A stretch of 64,000 nt of DNA from a candidate division FCPU426 bacterium. GTDB lineage: Bacteria; Oederibacteriota; Muellerivitia; Muellerivitales; Muellerivitaceae. The notes beneath the pieces were generated by a model. The model ran no database searches and was not told the DNA's origin. It worked only from the letters and a program-made list of their open reading frames with translations. The stretch is taken from the NCBI GenBank assembly GCA_963719085.1, contig CAVRAL010000004.1, positions 448,001 through 512,000 on the forward strand, read 5' to 3'. The position numbers and the translations under genes are program-made. This document shows, one piece after another, positions 9,625-19,151 of the stretch (positions within the stretch are counted from its first letter, which is position 1; the number at the start of each line of letters is the position of its first letter).

Positions 9625-10302
9625 ATGATTAAAAAATCAATCGGCTTTTTAAAAATCGCAGCCCTCGCGCTCGGCCTGGGCGGCTTGGCCCCCTCGCTTT
9701 GGGCGCAAGCCACGCCTACGGCGGCGGCGATCACTCCCGTCGCAACTCCTGGGGCGGCCCCCATCGCCACTTCCAGTGTCGCCGGGCCATCCCCTGTAAC
9801 AACTCCTGGGGCGGATGGTACCATCTACGGTTTCGAAGCCGACTCACTACAGGGCAAACCGGTCACGCTTTCCCAATATCAAGGCAAGGTTTTGCTCATC
9901 GTCAACGTGGCCAGCAAATGCGGCTTTACACCCCAGTACAAGGGACTGGAAGCGCTTTATGAAAAATATAAGGACAAGGGATTCGTGATCCTGGGTTTTC
10001 CCTGCAACCAATTCGCCAGCCAAGAACCCGGCACCGCCGCCCAGATCGCGACTTTTTGCAAAGCCAATTACGGCGTGACCTTTCCGATGTTCGCCAAGAT
10101 CGAGGTCAACGGGCCCAACGCCTTCCCGCTTTACCAGTTCCTTAAAAAAGCCGAGCTGGATCCGGCCGGCAAAACCGAGATAGGCTGGAACTTTAATAAG
10201 TTTCTCATCGACCGCCAGGGGCATCCCCTGCACCGCTACGTATCCCAGGTCAAGCCCGAGGACATCGACGCGGATATTGATAAGTTGACGACCACCCACT
10301 AA
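9625..10302 (+). CDS. Glutathione peroxidase family protein (Cys type), exported
   Basis: VNVASKCGFT, GFPCNQF, WNFNKFL motifs; signal peptide and Thr/Pro linker. Confidence 0.95.
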   Translation: MIKKSIGFLKIAALALGLGGLAPSLWAQATPTAAAITPVATPGAAPIATSSVAGPSPVTTPGADGTIYGFEADSLQGKPVTLSQYQGKVLLIVNVASKCGFTPQYKGLEALYEKYKDKGFVILGFPCNQFASQEPGTAAQIATFCKANYGVTFPMFAKIEVNGPNAFPLYQFLKKAELDPAGKTEIGWNFNKFLIDRQGHPLHRYVSQVKPEDIDADIDKLTTTH

Positions 10303-10333
10303 GAATAAAATGGCGTCAGCCTTTATTTATGGG

Positions 10334-10367
10334 AATCCCCTTTCTCCAACGGAAGGGGATTTTTTTA
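10334..10367 (+). terminator. Intrinsic terminator
   Basis: AATCCCCTT/AAGGGGATT stem followed by T-tract. Confidence 0.75.
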
Positions 10368-10712
10368 TTTGAACCAAAGAAGTGGACAAATTCATTTTAA
10401 GTTCAGTCCCTTCTTCCGACCCCTTCCGGACGGCTTTGAGCCCCCGCCCATTCCCCCAAACAGCCCTAGTTGATTCCCGTTTTCAAAACCCGCCTACAAA
10501 TTCGTCCGTTTCACGCCCCGCGGCGTAAAAAAACCGCTTAAATCTCGGATTCAAAATGAAACTTTTGACCTTTTGAATTATCATTTGAAATTCTAAACAG
10601 CGGCTTAAATCTTCTTTAAATCCCGGGAAATTTTCCCTTGAAGTGGCCCTTTCACGGGAATAGTCTGTTGCCTTCGTAGGGCGACATATCTTCCAACCAG
10701 GAATTCACTGCC

Positions 10713-11678
10713 ATGAACCAAGACGTCATTTTTAATTCGAACGTTGCGACCATCCCCGTCTTCCAGCCGCTGGCCGCCCAACCCGCCGCCATCTCGCACC
10801 TGTTCATTACGGTGTTGTGGATTTGCGCGGGCATCATGGTGGTGGTTTGCGCCATGGTCTTTGGGGCCTTGATCAAGTACCGGCACAAACCGGGCGACCC
10901 GGAGCCCAAGCCTTATTTCGGAAACCACACGGTGGAAATCATTTGGACCGTGGTTCCCAGCATCATTGTTCTCTGGCTGGTATGGCTGACCATCGACGGC
11001 ATGGGCGCCTATTACCCCGACCTTTCCAAAAAAGACCAAGCGGATATCACTGTGATAGGCCACCAATGGTGGTGGGAAGCCCACTATAAAGAAGGCGTGG
11101 TGGTGGCAAATGAACTGCACATCCCCACCGGCAAAAAACTTTACGTCTTCCTGGACTCCGCGGACGTCATCCACAACTTCTGGGTTCCCCAATTGGCCCG
11201 CAAACTGGACGCCATCCCTAACTTTCCAAACGCCATCTATATGGAAGCGCAAAAACCCGGAACCTACCTGGGGGCCTGCGACGAGTATTGCGGACTCCAA
11301 CACGCCTGGATGCGCTTTTTGGTCATCGCCCAGACTCCGGACGATTACGCCGCTTGGGTGAAGGCCCAGAACACCCCGGCCTCAAGCCACCTATCGGCGG
11401 CCGCGGCCAAGGGATCCCAGGTGTTTCATGACATGACCTGCACCAATTGCCACGCCATCAACAACGTGCCTTCGCTTTATCCCCAGACCGCTCCCGACCT
11501 GACCCACGTGGCCAGCCGGCAGACCCTGGGCGGCTGTATCATTTCGAATACCCCCGACAACCTGGCCCGCTGGTTACACGACCCGCAGGCCATCAAGTCC
11601 GGCTGCCGCATGCCGAACCTGAAACTCAGCGATGATCAAGTTGCGGACTTAGTCAATTACCTGGAGACATTACAATGA
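10713..11678 (+). CDS. coxB: Cytochrome c oxidase subunit II with fused cytochrome c (caa3 type)
   Basis: GHQWWW, DVIH, CDEYCGLQHAWM CuA site, CTNCH heme motif. Confidence 0.95.
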   Translation: MNQDVIFNSNVATIPVFQPLAAQPAAISHLFITVLWICAGIMVVVCAMVFGALIKYRHKPGDPEPKPYFGNHTVEIIWTVVPSIIVLWLVWLTIDGMGAYYPDLSKKDQADITVIGHQWWWEAHYKEGVVVANELHIPTGKKLYVFLDSADVIHNFWVPQLARKLDAIPNFPNAIYMEAQKPGTYLGACDEYCGLQHAWMRFLVIAQTPDDYAAWVKAQNTPASSHLSAAAAKGSQVFHDMTCTNCHAINNVPSLYPQTAPDLTHVASRQTLGGCIISNTPDNLARWLHDPQAIKSGCRMPNLKLSDDQVADLVNYLETLQ

Positions 11679-13906
11679 GCCAAACAGCCGAAGCCGTCAT
11701 CACGGACCACGCGTCCGAGCATCACGACCACGAGGGTTTGTGGAGTTGGATCGCCACGGTCGACCACAAACGCATCGGCCTTTTATACCTGGGCACGGCG
11801 CTCTTCTTTCTTTTAACCGGCGGCATCGAGGCCTTGATGATGCGCATCCAACTGATGCGCCCCAACAATGACTTCATCTCGCCCGAACTTTTCAACCAGC
11901 TCTTCACCATGCACGGCACCACCATGATCTTCATGGTCGTCATGCCCACCCTGATCGGATTCGCCAACTATTTCGTGCCGCTGTTGATCGGTGCGCGCGA
12001 TATGGCTTACCCGCGCTTGAACGCCATGGCTTACTGGTTCCTGCCCTTCGGCGGGCTCTTGATGCACTTCAGCTGGTTGGCCGGCGGCGCGCCCTCGGCG
12101 GGCTGGTTTTCTTACGCGCCCTTGAGCGAAACCCCGTTCAACTCCACCCACGGCGTGGACTACTGGGCCCTGGGGCTTTTCGTGATGGGGATTGGGTCTA
12201 TCTCCACTTCCATCAACATCATCGCCACCATCGTGGCCTGCCGCCCGCCGGGCATGACGCTTTTCCGCATGCCTTTGTTCGTTTGGATGACCCTGGTCAA
12301 CTCGTTCCTGATCACCCTGGCCATGCCCATCTTGAACTCGTCGCTGGTCATGCTTTTCGTGGACCGCCTCTTCGCCGCCCACTTCTTTTTACCCGAACAC
12401 GGCGGCTCCGCCGTCATTTGGCAGCACTTTTTCTGGGCTTTCGGCCATCCGGAGGTCTACATCCTGGTGCTTCCGGCCTTCGGCATGGTGTCCGAAGTCA
12501 TCCCGGTTTTCGCCCGCCGCCCGATCTTTGGATACGGCACCATGGTGGGCTCGGTCATCACCATCGCGGTGTTAAGCTTCGGCGTCTGGGCCCACCACAT
12601 GTTCACCGTCGGTTTGGGCAATGCGGCCGACGCCTTCTTCGCCGCTTCCACCATGCTGATCGCGGTGCCGACCGGCATCAAGATTTTCAACTGGTCCGCC
12701 ACCCTTTGGGGCGGCTCGATCAAGCTCAATACCGCCATGCTTTTCTGTATGGCCTTTCTGATCGAGTTCACCATCGGGGGCTTATCCGGCATCACCTTCG
12801 CGGTGGTTCCCATCGACTGGCAGATGAACGCCAGCTACTACCTGGTCGCCCATTTCCACTATGTCATCTTCGGCGGAACTTATTTCGCCATGATGGCCGG
12901 CATCTACTACTGGTTCCCGAAAATGACCGGACGCATCCTGTCTGAATCTTTGGGCAAATGGCATTTCTGGGCCACGGTCATCGGCTTCAACATGACCTTC
13001 TTCGTCCAGCATTTCTTGGGCTTCATGGGAATGCCGCGCCGGGTTTACACCTATCCCGACCTTCCGGGCTGGGCCACCTTGAACCTGATCTCCACGATCG
13101 GCGCCTTTATCCTGGGCACCTCGGCCTTCCTGCTGGTGTGGAACGTCATCATGACGTCCCGCCGGCCGGCCAACGCGGGCAACAACCCCTGGAACGCTTG
13201 GACGCTGGAATGGATGACCACCTCACCGCCGCCGGAGCACAACTTTGATTACATCCCGCCGGTCCACGGCCGCCGTCCGCTTTGGGATTTGGAACATCCG
13301 GAACTTCCGGACGATCCGAAAGCCCAATCTGAACCCTTCTGGGATCCGGTCTTCGACAAGTTCAAGGTCGGCATGGCTTGCTTCATCGCCTCCGAATCGT
13401 TCTTCTTCCTGATGCTGGTCATCGGCTTCGTGTTCTACAACACGTCGTTGCACATGGGCGCCTTCAACGCCCATACCCTGGACGTGCCCAAGAGCAGTAT
13501 CTTCACGGTGGCCCTTTTGGGAAGCAGCGTGACCCTGCACATCGCCGAGCACTATATGGAAGCCAAGCGGCGGGCCGCCTTCCTGGGTTGGTTCATCTTC
13601 ACTATCGCGCTGGGGCTGGTCTTTTTGATCGGACAGGGCGGTGAGTATTACCACCTGTTCACCACCGGCGTTACTTTGAACGCCAATTTGTTTTCGAGCA
13701 GCTTCTTCATCCTGACCGGCTTCCACGGATTCCACGTCTTCGTGGGGCTGGTGCTGCTGTTGATCGTGCTGATCTTCGCCTTCGTCGGGGACTACAATTC
13801 CGGCAAGGGTGAGATCGTGAAGACGATCGGCTGGTACTGGCATTTCGTCGACGCGGTTTGGATTGTGGTGTTTTCAACCGTTTACTTGATAGGACCGCAC
13901 TTATGA
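11675..13906 (+). CDS. coxA: Cytochrome c oxidase subunit I fused to subunit III
   Basis: GHPEVY, VWAHHM, AHFHY (subunit I, A1 type); C-terminal ASES, TGFHGFHV, YWHFVD (subunit III). Confidence 0.95.
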   Translation: MSQTAEAVITDHASEHHDHEGLWSWIATVDHKRIGLLYLGTALFFLLTGGIEALMMRIQLMRPNNDFISPELFNQLFTMHGTTMIFMVVMPTLIGFANYFVPLLIGARDMAYPRLNAMAYWFLPFGGLLMHFSWLAGGAPSAGWFSYAPLSETPFNSTHGVDYWALGLFVMGIGSISTSINIIATIVACRPPGMTLFRMPLFVWMTLVNSFLITLAMPILNSSLVMLFVDRLFAAHFFLPEHGGSAVIWQHFFWAFGHPEVYILVLPAFGMVSEVIPVFARRPIFGYGTMVGSVITIAVLSFGVWAHHMFTVGLGNAADAFFAASTMLIAVPTGIKIFNWSATLWGGSIKLNTAMLFCMAFLIEFTIGGLSGITFAVVPIDWQMNASYYLVAHFHYVIFGGTYFAMMAGIYYWFPKMTGRILSESLGKWHFWATVIGFNMTFFVQHFLGFMGMPRRVYTYPDLPGWATLNLISTIGAFILGTSAFLLVWNVIMTSRRPANAGNNPWNAWTLEWMTTSPPPEHNFDYIPPVHGRRPLWDLEHPELPDDPKAQSEPFWDPVFDKFKVGMACFIASESFFFLMLVIGFVFYNTSLHMGAFNAHTLDVPKSSIFTVALLGSSVTLHIAEHYMEAKRRAAFLGWFIFTIALGLVFLIGQGGEYYHLFTTGVTLNANLFSSSFFILTGFHGFHVFVGLVLLLIVLIFAFVGDYNSGKGEIVKTIGWYWHFVDAVWIVVFSTVYLIGPHL

Positions 13907-14736
13907 CAACACAAGCTTTCTTGCAGTCAGCCTGGAACTGGACGCCCGCGATTTTGCTCGCCGTCGCTTTGACGGGAGCTTATTTGGCGGCCCTCCGGTT
14001 TAAACTTTCCGCCCGCAGCCTTTATTTCTTTTCGGGGCTGGCCTTGTTGACGCTGGCCTTGGCCTCGCCCCTGAACGCGTTGGCGGAAGGTTATCTCTTC
14101 AGCGCCCACATGTTTCAGCACATGCTGCTACTGATGATCATTCCCCTGCTGTTTCTTTTGGGCATGCCGCCCGCGGCCAAGGGAACCAGCTCCGGCCATA
14201 CCGGCGGCCTCTATCCGGCGCTGAACTGGATCGCCGGGATCGGCACCATGTGGTTTTGGCATGTGCCGATGTTTTGCAACGCGGCCGTCGCGAATCCGGA
14301 AGTCCGGGGCCTGCAGATCGCCTCGCTTTTAGCCATGGGCATCTTGTTCTGGACCCCCATTATCGGCTCCAAACTCGGCCAAAAGCTCACCCCCTGGTCC
14401 GGCATCGCCTATCTCTTTAGCGCCTGCATGGGCTGTGTACTGCTGGGGATCGGTTTGACCTTCGCCCCCGTAAACGTGTGTTCCACCTTCATTGATCCGG
14501 TGGACAAGCTGGGCATCCTTTCCACAATCCGCGGCCAATGGGGAATGTCGCCCCGGTTGGATCAACAGATCGGCGGGCTCTTTATGTGGGTCCCTTCCTG
14601 CCTGGTTTACTTGGTCGGCATCCTGGGCTTACTGGGCCGGGGATTCCGTGAAGACGCCGTGCTTGAAACCGTCGATTCCCAGCCGCGTCCGGCCGGGAAG
14701 GCTTTGCCGTTAGTCGCCCATTCCAAGACGAAATAG
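13903..14736 (+). CDS. ctaG: CtaG-type caa3 oxidase assembly factor
   Basis: LFSAHMFQHMLL, WFWHVP, DQQIGGLFMWVP motifs. Confidence 0.85.
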   Translation: MTTQAFLQSAWNWTPAILLAVALTGAYLAALRFKLSARSLYFFSGLALLTLALASPLNALAEGYLFSAHMFQHMLLLMIIPLLFLLGMPPAAKGTSSGHTGGLYPALNWIAGIGTMWFWHVPMFCNAAVANPEVRGLQIASLLAMGILFWTPIIGSKLGQKLTPWSGIAYLFSACMGCVLLGIGLTFAPVNVCSTFIDPVDKLGILSTIRGQWGMSPRLDQQIGGLFMWVPSCLVYLVGILGLLGRGFREDAVLETVDSQPRPAGKALPLVAHSKTK

Positions 14737-14745
14737 GAAAACACC

Positions 14746-14979
14746 ATGTCGAACGAAACGCATGAGCATAACGCGCCACCCCGCCCCGCGGGCTGGAACG
14801 ATCCCAAACCCCTGAAGCTGCCGCCCCCGACGATTTGGCCCATCGCCTTGGCCCTCGCCGTGGTGGCCATGGCTTGGGGCGCCGTGACGTCCTACGTCAT
14901 CACCTTGTTTGGTTTGTTGGGCTTTATTGTTTCCATCATTGGTTGGATTGGAGAACTTCGTCATGACCGCAAAAACTAA
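14746..14979 (+). CDS. Small two-TM protein, putative oxidase subunit IV
   Basis: LPPPTIWP followed by two TM helices ending GWIGE; position in cox operon. Confidence 0.7.
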   Translation: MSNETHEHNAPPRPAGWNDPKPLKLPPPTIWPIALALAVVAMAWGAVTSYVITLFGLLGFIVSIIGWIGELRHDRKN

Positions 14980-15496
14980 CTCGCCCGAACCCAAACAGCC
15001 CGTCTCGGCGGAGCTTTTAAGCCGCCGCGCTTTTTTGGAGAGGATCACTTTCATCCTGGGCGGCATCGGCACTTTAGTGATGTCCGTTCCCTTGATCGGC
15101 TACGTGCTGGCGCCCGTGTTCAAGTTTGACAAGCCCGTCTGGCGCTCCATCGGCAAGGTCGATGACTTCAAGGTCGGCGAGACCGTGGCGATCTCCTTTG
15201 AGAACGCCGCGCCCCTGGCCTGGGACGGCCAAACGGCCAAGACCGGCGCCTGGCTTCGCCGCAACACGGAGACCGAGTTCATCGCTTTCGCGTTGACCTG
15301 CACCCACTTGGGTTGCCCGGTGCGCTGGATGGCCTCGGCCGAACTTTTCATGTGCCCCTGCCACGGCGGGATTTATTACAAAGACGGCACCGTGGCCGCC
15401 GGCCCGCCGCCCAAGCCTCTGCCGCGTTTTCAGACCCGCGTCAATAACGGGATGGTCGAAGTCATGACCCAGCCCGTCGCCATCCAGAGGAGCTAA
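14963..15496 (+). CDS. Rieske 2Fe-2S subunit of bc complex
   Basis: Tat-like SRRAFL, CTHLGC and CPCHGG motifs. Confidence 0.95.
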   Translation: MTAKTNSPEPKQPVSAELLSRRAFLERITFILGGIGTLVMSVPLIGYVLAPVFKFDKPVWRSIGKVDDFKVGETVAISFENAAPLAWDGQTAKTGAWLRRNTETEFIAFALTCTHLGCPVRWMASAELFMCPCHGGIYYKDGTVAAGPPPKPLPRFQTRVNNGMVEVMTQPVAIQRS

Positions 15497-15503
15497 CCGA
15501 CCC

Positions 15504-16928
15504 ATGAAAGACACCTTCAAAAAAATCTGGCAGTGGGTGGATGAAAGAACGGGACTGGGCGAAATGCTCGGCCCCCAATTGACCCATCTGGTTCCCCATG
15601 ACGCCCGTTGGTGGTACGTGTTTGGAAGCGCCACGCTTTTCGCTTTCATCATCCAAATCGTCACCGGTATTTTGCTGGCCTTCACTTACGTGCCGTCCGG
15701 CGGCCAGGCCTACGACAGCCTGCTTTACATCACCCACGTGGAACCCTTGGGTTGGTACCTCCGGGCGCTGCATTTTTACGGCGCCTCGGCCATGATCTTG
15801 ATGATGATCATCCACATGGTGCAGGTCTTCTCGTTCGGTTCTTATAAATACCCGCGGGAAATGAACTGGCTCTCGGGCGTCTTGCTTTTCGCCTTCACCA
15901 TCACCCTGGGCTTCACCGGCCAGTTGATGCGCTGGGACCAGAACGCGGTTTGGTCCATCATGGTGGCCGCCGAGCAAGCCGGCCGGGTGCCTTTTATCGG
16001 CCCCTGGATCGGGCGCTTCATCGTCGGCGGCGACGTGGAGTCGGCCTCGACCTTGACCAAGTTCTACGCCCTGCACGTCTTCATTTTGCCGGGAATCATC
16101 CTGGCCTTCATTGGCCTTCACTTGCAGTTGGTCATGAAGAACGGCATCTCGGAGCCCCCGACGCCGGGCAAAAAAGTCGATCCCAAGACCTATCGCGAGG
16201 AATATCACGCGCTGATGGAAAAGACCGGCGTGCCTTTCTGGCCGGACGCGGCCTGGCGCGACGCCTTGTTCGGCGTGGCCATGGTTTTAGCCATCATGTT
16301 CTGCGCCTGGTATTTCGGGGCCCCCGCCCTGGATAACGCGCCGGACCCGAGCCTGACCAACGCCAATCCCCAGCCGGATTGGTATTTGATGTGGTACTTC
16401 GCCATTTTGGCGCTGATGCCGCCCCAAATTGAGAGCATCGTCATGGTGTTCGGGCCGCTCTTGATGGGCTTGCTTCTTTTTTCGCTTCCCTTTATTTCCA
16501 ACTCGGGCGAGCGTCATTTGCAAAAGCGCCCCTGGGCCTCGGCCTTCATCGTTTTCGCCCTGGTCTTGATCGGCGTGCTTTGGCACGCCGCGGCCAAGGA
16601 AAACTGGTCCCCGCATTTCACGGAAGCGCCTTTGCCGGTGGAAGTGGTCGGCGCCACCGACGGGCCGGTCGCCCGCGGAGCCCATACCTTTTACAGCCGG
16701 GGCTGCATCAACTGCCACGCCATCCAAGGCCATGGCGGCTTGAAAGGCCCGGATCTGACCTATATCGGCAACAAGCTGGACGCCTCCCAGATCATGCTTC
16801 GCATCGACAACGGCGGCAAAGGGATGCCGTCTTTTGCCAGCATCATCAAGTCGGACGAGTTGAGCGACCTGGTGACGTTCTTGCAGACCCGCAAGCATGT
16901 GCCGTTGCCTTATTCCAATAATCCATAA
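15504..16928 (+). CDS. Cytochrome b with fused C-terminal cytochrome c
   Basis: RALHFYGAS, HMVQVF, YPRE, PDWY Qo motif, CINCH. Confidence 0.95.
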   Translation: MKDTFKKIWQWVDERTGLGEMLGPQLTHLVPHDARWWYVFGSATLFAFIIQIVTGILLAFTYVPSGGQAYDSLLYITHVEPLGWYLRALHFYGASAMILMMIIHMVQVFSFGSYKYPREMNWLSGVLLFAFTITLGFTGQLMRWDQNAVWSIMVAAEQAGRVPFIGPWIGRFIVGGDVESASTLTKFYALHVFILPGIILAFIGLHLQLVMKNGISEPPTPGKKVDPKTYREEYHALMEKTGVPFWPDAAWRDALFGVAMVLAIMFCAWYFGAPALDNAPDPSLTNANPQPDWYLMWYFAILALMPPQIESIVMVFGPLLMGLLLFSLPFISNSGERHLQKRPWASAFIVFALVLIGVLWHAAAKENWSPHFTEAPLPVEVVGATDGPVARGAHTFYSRGCINCHAIQGHGGLKGPDLTYIGNKLDASQIMLRIDNGGKGMPSFASIIKSDELSDLVTFLQTRKHVPLPYSNNP

Positions 16929-16937
16929 AGTCGACGC

Positions 16938-16977
16938 AAAAAGCCCCATCGGTTAAATCCGGTGGGGCTTTTTTTTT
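16938..16977 (+). terminator. Intrinsic terminator of cox/bc operon
   Basis: AAAAAGCCCCATCGG...CCGGTGGGGCTTTTTTTTT. Confidence 0.85.
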
Positions 16978-17154
16978 GCATTTTCATCCCCCTCGCCCCC
17001 GGAGGGAGAGGGTCGGGGTGAGGGGGGTAGTTATATTCATTATAGTTATCTCTTTATTTAGCCCTACTTGTTCCCGCACGGACGTCTTAACCTATTGATA
17101 GTCCTTTACGCCCAAGGCAAACTGGACTGGATTTCTAAAACTTGAGGTTTCCCG

Positions 17155-18306
17155 TTGATTAAAAAATTCCTGATTCTCCCACTGTTCTTGCTCTTAAGCG
17201 GCTGCGCCACGATGGCGGTAAATTTCACCCAAGCCACCTCGCCCAACTTTTGGGCCGTTGAAAACAGTTGTCAAACCCAGCTCGCCCAAATTCAAGCTTC
17301 CGTCCAAGCCAACGAGATTCCCTTTACCTTGGGCGACGGGCTCAAAACCAACGACGAGATCATCCGCAGGCTGAACCACCAGTACCGGGATAACTCGGCC
17401 GGTGCCGCCGACCTTTCCACCTCGCAGGCCGCTTTTTTGGAAAAACTTCTGAAGGACAACGACAGCTTTTTGGCCGACGCCTCGCAAAATCCCGACGATT
17501 GGTCCCAAGCCTTTTCAGGCCAGGACGACTATGTCCAATACCACCGCGCGCCGAACCAGGATTTCAGCGACCCGGTTCAACGGGGAATGTTCATTGTTTA
17601 TTTAAATATGCGCCTCAAGGAAGACGGGGACAAGGCCCTGGCCTTGGCGCAGTCAGGCCAATTGAGCGTCGATCAAGCCCAACAATTGCAGTCGAACCTG
17701 AACGATGTCCAGGGCAAGGCGGTTGAGGACTATTACGCGAACAACGCCTTGGATTTAACCGGCGATCAAATTTTTCAACTCCAGCGCATGCTGGCCGACA
17801 GCTATCAGGCGCTTAATACCGCCCCCACCCAGACTTATTACGGTGGCGGCTCTTTTTACAGCGCCCCGGCCAACAGCTGGGCCAACAACCCCGCGCCCGT
17901 GGCCAGCGGAAACAATTATTATCAATCCCCCGCCTCTTCCAGTTATTACCAGCCGCCCGCCCAAACCCAAAATAATCCCGCGCCTTCTGTGCCGACCGCC
18001 ACGCCCACCGCTTCCACCAATGGCGGCCGTGGATCCCCTGAGATCAATAACCGCCTGAATGTAAATCGCCCCGGCAATCCGCCTCCGCCGAATAATCCGA
18101 CCGCCACCGCGACCCCTGTTCCTGCGGTTCCCACCAATACGCCAGTGCCCGCGCCCGTCCCCGCGACGCCGACACCCACTCCCGGTTTCAACAATCGTTT
18201 AAATAGACATTTTCATTCTCGCGCGGAGAACCCATCCGCTCCCGCGACCCCCACTCCCGTTCCACCCGTAGCGCCGATTAACTCAACTCCCACTCCCGGC
18301 AGTTGA
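17155..18306 (+). CDS. Lipoprotein with Pro/Thr/Asn-rich C-terminus
   Basis: Lipobox LSGC; low-complexity tail. Confidence 0.7.
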   Translation: MIKKFLILPLFLLLSGCATMAVNFTQATSPNFWAVENSCQTQLAQIQASVQANEIPFTLGDGLKTNDEIIRRLNHQYRDNSAGAADLSTSQAAFLEKLLKDNDSFLADASQNPDDWSQAFSGQDDYVQYHRAPNQDFSDPVQRGMFIVYLNMRLKEDGDKALALAQSGQLSVDQAQQLQSNLNDVQGKAVEDYYANNALDLTGDQIFQLQRMLADSYQALNTAPTQTYYGGGSFYSAPANSWANNPAPVASGNNYYQSPASSSYYQPPAQTQNNPAPSVPTATPTASTNGGRGSPEINNRLNVNRPGNPPPPNNPTATATPVPAVPTNTPVPAPVPATPTPTPGFNNRLNRHFHSRAENPSAPATPTPVPPVAPINSTPTPGS

Positions 18307-18499
18307 AGCCGCCCAATCCTATTCTTAGAAACTCTTTTTTCTTCTGGATTAATAGGGATATCGAAAACTTGACTTTTAAAACTTGTGGTTTAGACTGACT
18401 CTCCCTCAAAAGCCTAAGGTTTTTGGGGGTTTTTGTTGGTTTAACCGCCAACTCTTAACTTAAAACTTCTAGTTCCGGCCCGATGTTCGGCCGGCATCT

Positions 18500-18574
18500 T
18501 CCCCGGTAGCTCAATGGTGGAGCATGCGACTGTTAATCGCAGGGTTGTTGGTTCGAGTCCAACCCGGGGAGCCA
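18500..18574 (+). tRNA. tRNA-Asn (GTT)
   Basis: Acceptor TCCCCGG/CCGGGGA, anticodon arm TGCGA-CTGTTAA-TCGCA, GTTCGAGTCC T-arm, encoded CCA. Confidence 0.98.
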
Positions 18575-18576
18575 TA
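18530..18576 (+). repeat. att site, left (3' half of tRNA-Asn)
   Basis: CTGTTAATCGCAGGGTTGTTGGTTCGAGTCCAACCCGGGGAGCCATA identical to 50509-50555. Confidence 0.97.
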
Positions 18577-18789
18577 AACGAACCAGACCCCTCGAAAGAG
18601 GGGCCTGGTTTTTTTCTACGCCGTCGAATGGTTTTCCAGCGGAAAACAGCCACAGGTAACAAAAAAATAACTGTCCCCAGCAAGGACAAGAGCCCCCGCC
18701 CCTCCGATTTTGGGAGAACGGGGGCTTTTTTATTTCTGATGGTCAGTGATGGCAATCGAGGGCAAAAAACGGGTTTGAATGGCACTCAA

Positions 18790-18808
18790 TGACACGGGAA
18801 TGACACAG
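18790..18808 (+). repeat. Putative integrase arm-type site (left)
   Basis: TGACACGGGAATGACACAG; 17/19 match to 50385-50403. Confidence 0.7.
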
Positions 18809-19151
18809 CCCAAAACCCTTATTTTTGAAGTGCATGCGACTCAAAACTATTGGCCTTCAGGTCGTGTCGGTTCTAGTTCGACTTGGCCCAATTTCAATCA
18901 GTTTGATAAACGCGTTCATATGGCCCATCTTCCTGACTTTTCCCGGTGTTCTTTTAGACATCCTGATCATAAGGCGGGATTAGAAGGCCGGGGCAACCAG
19001 CCACCAGGGTGCTATTTGCGGAAAGATAAGCGAAGATATTTGTGCGGAAAAAATCCTGATCGCACCTTCCTGCTTGAAGATTGGAATCGTATTAGGCTTG
19101 GACCTGATAGGCCATGTGTAACTGGGATTGTGTGAGGAAGGGGCATTCATT

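Noticed and set aside
9625..10302. Selenocysteine in glutathione peroxidase
   Set aside because: Active-site codon is TGC (Cys); no in-frame TGA
18441..18792. ORFs 18441-18785(-) and 18514-18792(+), and similarly 50483-50713(-)
   Set aside because: They are translations across the tRNA/att sequence and terminators
18779..19135. 118-aa ORF at the island left end
   Set aside because: No recognisable motifs, overlaps arm-type sites; probably non-coding
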